A stretch of 32,000 nt of DNA from an uncultured Chloroflexia bacterium (GTDB lineage Bacteria; Chloroflexota; Ktedonobacteria; Ktedonobacterales; JADMIN01), in contig CAVRAI010000004.1 in assembly GCA_963718915.1 (NCBI GenBank), forward strand, positions 420,001 through 452,000, given 5' to 3'. Below the pieces are notes generated by a model that was not told the origin of the DNA, did no database searches, and worked only from the letters and a program-made list of their open reading frames with translations. This document shows, one piece after another, positions 24,346-31,555 of the stretch (positions within the stretch are counted from its first letter, which is position 1; each line of letters begins with the position of its first letter). The translations under genes were made by a program, and so were the position numbers.

Positions 24346-27232
24346 CTACTCCAAAACATCGAGATTGCAGCCCAGTTGCGCCGCCCGCTGGCGCACCCGC
24401 GTCGCCGCAGCGTCCTGCCCCAATCGCGTGTACATCTCCACCGCCTGGGCGAGCAACTGGCAGCCCTCATCTGTCTTGCGCTGATGTCGCAGCAGGAACG
24501 TCCCAAGCCTTCTTGTATTGGCGCTGAAAGCGGTGCCAGTTGCAGACGCAAGGCAATCGCCAGCGACTGACGATAGCTATGCTCCGCCGCATCGAGGTCG
24601 CCCTCCGCCTCCTGCACAGTAGCCAGATTGAACCAGGCCACGCCTTCGTCGCGCTGGTCATGCACCGCCTGCATGATGGCGAGGTAGCGGGTGTAGTTGG
24701 TCTTGGCGGTCGCCAGATCGCCCTCTTGCCGCGCCAGGTCGCCGAGCAGGGAGAGGGCCACGCCTTCGCCGCGCTGGTCATGCACCGCCTGCATGATGGC
24801 GAGGAAGCGGGTGTAGTTGGCCTTGGCGGTCGCCAGATCGCCTTCCTGCATCGCCAGGTCGCCGAGCAGGGAGAGGGCCACGCCTTCCCGCGCTGGTCAT
24901 GGACTTCACGAAATTCATCGACGCTGGCTGCCGCCATCGCCTTCGCACTCAGGAATCTGGCCAAGTTGCTGTAACAGCGTCGCGTAATGGCCATGCAAGA
25001 TTGCCGCATCCCTGACCGTCGCATCGTTGCGTTCAGCGGCAACCCGGCGCTCAGCCGCAGCCACCGCCGCCGGGAGATATTCTTCGCGCGCCGCTGTCCG
25101 GCTATGAGTCGTTCCAGTAGTTGGCGCTGCCCTGGCAGAGGCGGATCAGCAGCGTGTCGTTGCTGGCGGCGAGCGCCCAGGCAAGCGCGCCAAGGATGTT
25201 GCGCTCGTCGTTTCCAAAGCGGCGTCGCTTCGTGTCATTGCTATAGTCCGCGTACCACTGCGCCACCGCCTGGGAGAGCGCCGCGCGGTCATCGCTGGCG
25301 ATTTGGCTGAAGCGGTCGCGGGCGTCGGTGTAGACGAGCGGGTGCAGCCTGACGCGCTCGCGGTCGCTCTGCTCTGGCATCGCCTCGTCGAGGCCGGGAT
25401 CGGCCAGCCGCAGGGTAATCAGCGCCTTCAGGCTGCGCTCCGCTATCGCCTCATCCGCCGCATCATCCTCCGTCTCATCGTCGCTGGCGACCAGCGCGCC
25501 GATGGAGAGCGCGGCCTCGCGTCCCACATCGCCGGTGGCGAAGGCGCCGAGCGCCACGAAGAGCCGCTGGGCGGGCGCATCGAGCGCGGCGAAGCTCGAA
25601 TCGAGGACGTAGCGCACCGCCTCCGCGCCATCTTCCAGCAGCAGCGCCTTAGTGGGGTTCGCCTCCAGTTCCGCCGCCAGCCGATCCAGCGGCCGACCCA
25701 GGCTGGCCGCGTTGGCCGCCTGGAGCTTCACCGCCAGCGTGTGGCGGCCTAGCAGGGTCACGATGGTTGTCACATCGCGCAGTTCGGCGGCGGTCAGGTC
25801 GAGCGCCGCGCCGCGCCCGTAATACGACGCGAAGAGGTCGAGCGCCTCGGGCAGCGGCAGCACGTCCAGTTTCACACGCGCCTCCCGTGGGATTTCGGGC
25901 AACTCCGCGCGCGAGGTCAACAGCAGCGCCACCCCCGCCGCGCGCAGCGCCTGCGCCACCTCGCCGACATGCGGCCCCGGCTCCATATTGTCCAGCACGA
26001 CCAGCGCCCGCTTCTCGCCGAGTATCTGGCGCGCCCGGTCGCCAAGCGCCGCCAGGTCGGTGTCCTCCGGCTCGCTCCGTCCCGTGGTGAAGCGGGCGAG
26101 AATCTGCCTAAGCAGCCGTACGGGATCATGCTCATCCCTGGCGACCACCACCGCGATGCCATCGGGGAAGGCGTTGGCCACCATCAGGCGGCGAATCACC
26201 TCGGTGGCGAGCGCCGTCTTGCCGATGCCCGCCAGCCCATTGGTCGAGGCGATGCCCGCGATGCCGCCACCGTTCGCGCCAGTGAGCAGCGCCACCACCC
26301 GGTTCGCGTCCTCCTCACGCCCGATAAAGCGCTCGATGCCGGGCAGCGCCCCGATGTCGAACGGCGGCCCCACCTCCACTGGCGGCGCGGGGATCGTGCT
26401 GCCATGGCGGAGGGCCACGAGCAGCGTCGCGAAGGCGGCCTCGTCGGCAACCTCCAGCCGATAGTCCACATACTGCGCCAGCGTCACCAGCGGCGGTACC
26501 GCGCAGGTCTGGCGCAGCACTGGCACGACAATCTTGCCGTCTTTGACATTGGCGCTATTCTTCTGGCTCCACGCCAGCCCGATCTCATCATGCACCCACT
26601 TCGAGGCGGCGGATTGCGAGGTCAGGATGACGAGAAAGATTTCGCGCGTGGTCAGCTCGCGGACAATGTCATCTTGCCAGTAAGTGGCTAGGCGCGATGC
26701 CACCCTCCCAGGTTCCCTCGGCGCCGGGGCCGCCCCGCGAGTCATACCAGGCGTCGAAGCCCGCAGCGCGCAGGCGCTCAAGCAGCGCCTCGCCAAAGGC
26801 GTTGTCGCCGTTGCTGTGGCTGATGAAGACGCGCCGCCGGTCGCTGCCTGGGACGGGCGCGGACACGGAGGCTGGCGCGGGCGCGACCGACGACGGCGCG
26901 GTGGAGACAGTAGACGGGGCGGCAGGGGTTACAGCGGAGGCTAGCGGTTTGGGTCGCAGTAGAGAAGGCGAAGCGCGCAACGCCAGGACGAAGACGCCGC
27001 ACATCAACACGAAGAGCAGCGCGTCGGCGGGTGGCGCTGGCGGCAGACCAGGCAGCGCAATCGCATGGAGGACGGCGGAGAGCGGCGACGGTGGATTGGT
27101 CGTATCTGGCGCCGCGCCGCGCACGTTCCAGACGAGCAGAGCGATATAGCCGAGCAGAACCAGCCACGTGAGGCCAAAGGCAAGCCAGGATGTGAACCGC
27201 ACCCAAAATGACGAATGATTGCCCGTTTTCAT
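24346..27232 (-). pseudogene. 2xTM - TIR - NB-ARC (STAND NTPase) - TPR protein gene with at least 5 frame disruptions
   Basis: ATG 27232 (GGGAGG 6 nt upstream). TM1 WLAFGLTWLVLLGYIALLVW and TM2 ALLFVLMCGVFVLAL. TIR: RRVFISHSNGDNAFGEALLERL...SKWVHDEIGLAW. NB-ARC: Walker A GLAGIGKTALA, Walker B ALVVLDNME, LLLTSR, GRHTLAVKL. TPRs run to a reconstructed C-terminus ...AVEMYTRLGQDAAATRVRQRAAQLGCNLDVLE with stop at 24346-24348. Frame changes are needed near 26690-26740, 25100-25112, 24947, 24887 and 24500-24505. Confidence 0.8.
24637..24899 (-). repeat. Near-identical 120-bp tandem units encoding TPR pairs
   Basis: Unit A (24661-24780) versus unit B (24781-24899) shows about 6 substitutions and 1 missing base (ccttcGccgcg versus ccttcccgcg at about 24887). 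They encode EGVALSLLGDLA(R/M)QEGDLATAK(T/A)NYTR(Y/F)LAIMQAVHDQRG. Confidence 0.85.
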
Positions 27233-27427
27233 GGCGCCTCCCAACGTGGTTGTATAAACGACTTGCGCAAAGTATGGCAGATTTCGTCACTGCCCGCAAG
27301 GCATCAGTTTCCTGTGAACGATCAGCGCGCCAGCAGAAAGGACTGGACAGGCCCAGTAAAATGGAGAAGCAATCTATCGCAGGAGATGATGTGTATTCTG
27401 GCAAGCGGATAGGATAGGGTCAATCGG

Positions 27428-27595
27428 ATGGATCAGGTGAATGTGGCCACTAGCACAGGTCTCATGTCGCCGCAGCCGCCCTCGCCCGCGCCGCCGCAGC
27501 CTGCCTATATGCTGCTTACGCCCGCCGGAGCAACCGACGCCGAGGCTGTCGAGACGGAACTCACTAAGTTGCTCTTCATGCCGAAAAAGAAGTAA
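27428..27595 (+). CDS. Candidate small ORF (55 aa; or 43 aa from ATG 27464)
   Basis: Below the ORF-track cut-off. MDQVNVATSTGLMSPQPPSPAPPQPAYMLLTPAGATDAEAVETELTKLLFMPKKK. The 3' two-thirds has strongly G/C-biased third positions. AGGA/AGGG lie 8-13 nt before ATG 27428. No homology recognised. Confidence 0.25.
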   Translation: MDQVNVATSTGLMSPQPPSPAPPQPAYMLLTPAGATDAEAVETELTKLLFMPKKK

Positions 27596-28848
27596 CAGGT
27601 AGCACTTGGGGGCTGATGCGTCCGACAACCATTGCAGCCAGCACCTCATCTGCGTCGACTTGCTCAGTGGGGGTGAGCGCACCTAGCGGGACGCAGGCCA
27701 TCGCAGCGAGTTTGCCCGGTTCCAGCGTGCCTAACTCATCCGCCAGGCCAAGCGCGTCGGCTCCTCCGAGTGTTGCCAGTCGTAGTAGCTCGGTAGGTGT
27801 CGGCGTCTCGCCAGCCGCGCTATGTAGCTCATGCGACGCGATAGCGTCGTCCCAGACCGCGAGGGAGGGACTACTCGCCAGGCTATCGGTGCCGAGCGCC
27901 AGCCGGACGCCCGCCGCGCGATACAACTCATAGGGTATGCGCCCGCAGTGCAGCCGTGAGTTACTGCGCGGGCAATGCGCCACCGCCGCATTCGCATGGA
28001 GAATGCGTGCCACATCATCCGTGTCCACCTGGATGCCGTGGGCCAGCAGCGGACGCGCCGCCAACACGCCTAACTGGTCGAGATACGCGATAGGAGAGAC
28101 GCATGGCGCGCGCATTGGATGGATCGGCCAGCCAGCGCCGGGATAGAGCAGGTCGGCAATCGGGCCAGTGGCGTCGCGCAGGAACTGGGTCTCGGCGGGC
28201 GACTCGGCGGCGTGGATGGTGAGCGGGACATCCTCGGCGTGACACCACTCGGCTGTGGCTCGCAGTAGTTCGGCGGAGACGGTATACGGCGTATGCGGCG
28301 CGAGGCCGAAGCGGATGCGGTCCTGTGGATACTCGCGGCGCCACTGTTCGATCTGCCGCTGGCCCGCGCGCAAAAGGTCGTCCGCCCGCTGCCGGGTCGG
28401 GGCTGAGCAACTCGAAGTAGACAACGCCGTGGAGGCCGCTCTCGACCAGCGGACGCACGCTCTGGCCGAACGTGCATATCTCGCCGACCGCCACCGTGCC
28501 ACTGGCGACCATCATTTCGACGCCCGCATAGGCAGCCCGCTCGAAATCGTCCGACGTGCGCGTTCGGCTGTAGCTCACCAGCGGATAGATCCACTCGATC
28601 AGCGGCAGGTTATCGGGAACGTGCCCGGCGTGGTGGGTTAGCTCCAGATGTGTGTGGGCGTTGACCAGCCCCGGCAGCAGCGCCCGCTCGCCCAGGTTCA
28701 CCACCCGCGCGCCGGGATAGCGCTCGCGCAGGTATGCGGCCGTCCCCACAGCGACGATGCGCCCAGCCTCGGCGGCGACCGCGCCATCGGGAATCGGCTC
28801 CGCGCTCACCGGGAAGACGTGGCGGGCAGTGTAAAGGGTGATGGTCAT
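27576..28848 (-). pseudogene. Amidohydrolase, ATZ/TRZ-MtaD (nucleoside/nucleobase deaminase-like) family, one frameshift near 28392-28402
   Basis: ATG 28848 (GGAAGG upstream). PGLVNAHTHLELT, IHAAESPAETQFL, HCPRSNSRL, LGTDSLASS. Frame 1 ends meaningfully at ...VVYFELLSPDP; frame 2 continues RQRADDLLRAGQRQIEQWRREYPQDRIRFGLAPHTPYTV. The shift sits in a GGG/GGGG-run region. Confidence 0.8.
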
Positions 28849-29009
28849 GTGGTCGTAACTACCTTCCGTTCGGCGATGTAGCTGCCTGGTGATTGTACCA
28901 TTGTCTGTCTCCACCACAGCTGCCTGTTCCCCACGCCGATAGGCAAATCATCAGGCAAATATACGCTCCTGGGTACACATCAACTCGGCGAGATATACGC
29001 CAACATGTC

Positions 29010-29038
29010 TATACAAGCGGATGGTTATCCTGTATGAT
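29010..29038 (+). promoter_or_regulatory. Promoter-like TATACA-N17-TATGAT, conserved with 31463-31491
   Basis: TCTATACAAG at 29008-29017 and TATGAT at 29033-29038 (preceded by TG). The same decamer and the same spacing occur upstream of the paralogous TIR gene. Confidence 0.45.
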
Positions 29039-29100
29039 AGCAGCAAGCCTGCCATACTGTGTGGAATCACGATTTCACTGTGCTGAGGGATTTTCACGAT

Positions 29101-30789
29101 ATGTCGTTCAAGACCGCGTTCATGAGCCATGCTCATGTCGACAATGCCACATGCGACCCGTATGCGAAGGCGCTACGCGAACGAGGCGTTCACCTCTACT
29201 ATGATCGCGAAGAACCGATGGAATTGGACGGCAGACTCCTCAGCGAGGTTCTGGTGAGAGAGCTGAGGCAAGCCCAAACCCTTATCCTGATGGCTACTCC
29301 AGCGGCTGTAGCGTCTCAATGGGTGATCGAGGAGTATAACTTCTTCCACACGCTCATGATGCGCGACGCCACGCGACAGATTATCCCAGTGATGATCGAG
29401 CAGTGTGAACTCCCTGGCTTCTTGCCGTCGCGGGGACGGATCGACGCGACCTCGCTGTCTCCAGATGAATTAATTGATCGGTTGATAAAAGCGCTGACGG
29501 TGAAGGACGCGCCAGACGACGCCACAACTCCTCCATATGTACCACGGCCCGCGCCAATTACGCCCACGCTGGAGTCACCGCTTAGTTCAGGCACAAATCC
29601 ATCTCCAGCGCCACAGCCTGGAACTCCGCCATCGGCTAAGCCACAACCCACGCCAAAATCGCGCCCATCGCCTCAACGCGCTCCGAAGTCTTCCACTCCT
29701 CCGCTCAAACGCAGGCGTAGAATCGCGCGGCGTGTGTTCTTGACAGTGGGTACAACTGGTATCCTCGCGGCCACTGCTGGTGCGTTCTTCTGGCTTCACA
29801 ACGATCCATCGGCGTTGCCACCATTCTTTACGCAGCCGACCGCGACGCCGCAACCGACGGCCACGCCGCAGCCGACCGCGACGCCGCAGCCAACCGCGAC
29901 GCCGACCGCGATTAGCGCATACCATGGACATTCTGCCGCAGTCAATAGCGTCTCATGGTCACCTGATGGACGATTCATCGCTTCGGCCAGTGACGATCAC
30001 ACGGTACAGGTATGGGATGCGACAACAGGCGTCAAACAGAACACCTTTTTGGGTAGCCCTGGCGCGGTATTGACGGTGGCGTGGTCACGTGATGGGTCTC
30101 TCATCGCAGCGGCGGGCGATGATGATTTTGTAGAGGTGTGGCAGGCAGGCAGTAATATCTTTGCCCCTTTGCTTATCTATCGTGGTCACACGAGTGCGGT
30201 GAACTCGGTTGCCTGGGCGCCACACGGGGCGCGTATCGCCTCGGCAAGCAGTGACAAGATTGTGGAGGTGTGGGACGCGGTGACAGGCTCGCGCATCTGC
30301 ACCTGTATCGGACACGCGAACGCGGTGAACGGCGTGGCCTGGTCGCCTGACGGAACACGCATTGCCTCGGCCAGCGCCGACAAATCGGCGCAGGTGTGGG
30401 ATGCGTCAAGGGGAAGCCATGTCTATACCTATCATGGTCACACGGACTGGGTGAATGCGGTGGTCTGGTCACCGGACAGGACGCGCATTGCCTCGGCGAG
30501 CAATGATAAAACCGCGCAGGTGTGGGATGCGACGACGGGAGCCAACCCCTACGTCTACCGTGGACACCTGGATTATGTGCTTTCGGTCGCCTGGTCGCCC
30601 GACGGTCGGCGCATTGCCTCGGCCAGCTATGACACGACGGTGCAGGTATGGGATGCGTCTGATGGCGCCCACGTCTATACCTACAATGGACACTCAGCGC
30701 CAGTGAATTACGTTGCCTGGTCGCCCGATGGGACACGCATTGCCTCGGCCAGCGCTGACAATACCGTACGGATATGGAGTCCCCAATAG
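29101..30789 (+). CDS. TIR domain - Pro-rich linker - Tat-like signal-anchor/TM - (PTATPQ)4 - 7-bladed WD40 propeller protein
   Basis: I prefer ATG 29101 (GAGGGA 10 nt upstream; aligns with paralog start M..KTAFMSHAH) over track start 29059. TIR: KTAFMSHAHVDN...LILMATPAAVASQWVIEEYNFF. KRRRRIARRVFLTVGTTGILAATAGAFFWL follows, then seven GH...WSPDG.RIASAS.D...VWDA repeats. Confidence 0.9.
   Translation: MSFKTAFMSHAHVDNATCDPYAKALRERGVHLYYDREEPMELDGRLLSEVLVRELRQAQTLILMATPAAVASQWVIEEYNFFHTLMMRDATRQIIPVMIEQCELPGFLPSRGRIDATSLSPDELIDRLIKALTVKDAPDDATTPPYVPRPAPITPTLESPLSSGTNPSPAPQPGTPPSAKPQPTPKSRPSPQRAPKSSTPPLKRRRRIARRVFLTVGTTGILAATAGAFFWLHNDPSALPPFFTQPTATPQPTATPQPTATPQPTATPTAISAYHGHSAAVNSVSWSPDGRFIASASDDHTVQVWDATTGVKQNTFLGSPGAVLTVAWSRDGSLIAAAGDDDFVEVWQAGSNIFAPLLIYRGHTSAVNSVAWAPHGARIASASSDKIVEVWDAVTGSRICTCIGHANAVNGVAWSPDGTRIASASADKSAQVWDASRGSHVYTYHGHTDWVNAVVWSPDRTRIASASNDKTAQVWDATTGANPYVYRGHLDYVLSVAWSPDGRRIASASYDTTVQVWDASDGAHVYTYNGHSAPVNYVAWSPDGTRIASASADNTVRIWSPQ
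29833..29910 (+). repeat. 18-bp tandem repeat x4.3 encoding (QPTATP)n
   Basis: cagccgaccgcgacgccg / caaccgacggccacgccg / cagccgaccgcgacgccg / cagccaaccgcgacgccg / accgcg. Confidence 0.85.
30232..30786 (+). repeat. 126-bp phased WD40-coding repeats with conserved nucleotide core
   Basis: CGCATTGCCTCGGC recurs at 30358, 30484, 30610 and 30736 (exact 126-bp phase). A diverged copy lies at about 30232. Confidence 0.8.
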
Positions 30790-30901
30790 AGGCTAGGGAC
30801 CCTTCTCTACCACGTACTACTCAAACACTTCGAGAATCCCGTAGCGGGCGTTGCGGACGGCGGGACGAATGTTAGCCGACTCGAATGACACCAATGCTGA
30901 T

Positions 30902-31357
30902 TCATTGGTACCGCTCTGAGAGCGTGAGTCCGGGCCGTTCGTCATCCCAGGCCATCGAGCTGATTTTCCAGCCGGTGGGCGTCGCGATGAACTGTATTAC
31001 GATCACGCCACGACCCTCGATCGTCGTCCCCGCACTGAGGCCATGTTTCTCATATATGCTAAAGCGGTGGGCAACGTTGCCAAATATTTCTGTGATCTCC
31101 GCCGTTTCAGATTCTCGCAAGCTTTTGAGTTCGCCCGACTCAACCATGCGTTGGCGTGGCTCGATGAACTGGCGGACGGTATAGATCTCTGGCGAGGACG
31201 AACTGTTCTTGATGATCTGTCCGCTCTCGATAAAGATGTCGTACAGATTTACGTACGGTGGAGTCTCACCGTCATCGAACGAGACGGCCCGGTAGAACGC
31301 AGCCGTCAGGGTATCTATCTCGGCCTTACTGCCTGATTCGTCGTCGTCAATTTTCAT
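30902..31357 (-). CDS. Hypothetical protein, NTF2/SnoaL-like fold (inferred)
   Basis: ATG 31357 with AAGGGA 7 nt upstream. The track start 31522 would run through the promoter block of the neighbouring gene. EIDTLTAAFYRAVSF...GRGVIVIQFIATPTGWKISSMAWDDE resembles the DUF4440/NTF2-like pattern. Confidence 0.6.
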   Translation of the reverse strand: MKIDDDESGSKAEIDTLTAAFYRAVSFDDGETPPYVNLYDIFIESGQIIKNSSSSPEIYTVRQFIEPRQRMVESGELKSLRESETAEITEIFGNVAHRFSIYEKHGLSAGTTIEGRGVIVIQFIATPTGWKISSMAWDDERPGLTLSERYQ

Positions 31358-31462
31358 ATAACATCCCTTACCTGCCAGCACCAGCCTCGTCGAAGCTGTC
31401 AGTCTGTCTTGTGAAGGCCTCGCCGTTGCGCACCTAAATGCCCAAAGTCGCTCCGTTGCATC

Positions 31463-31491
31463 TATACAAGTAGCAGCATCTCCTATATGAT
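31463..31491 (+). promoter_or_regulatory. Promoter-like TATACA-N17-TATGAT (paralogous to 29010-29038)
   Basis: TCTATACAAG at 31461-31470 and TATGAT at 31486-31491, about 65 nt upstream of ATG 31556. Confidence 0.45.
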
Positions 31492-31555
31492 TACAACACG
31501 GAACCATTGTTCGCCAGATCAAGATGCGCTATCAAGCCGCTGAGGATGTAACGCA

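Noticed and set aside
24637-24899. Regular 120-bp repeats (and 126-bp repeats at 30232-30786) as a possible CRISPR array
   Set aside because: The repeats are contiguous, with no unique spacers, and are in-frame coding units (TPR and WD40). The period is far longer than that of CRISPR repeats.
25969-26691. 240-aa plus-strand ORF, plus 25303..25752 and 25767..26090
   Set aside because: They are antisense to the NB-ARC region, whose Walker A/B and TSR motifs are clear on the minus strand.
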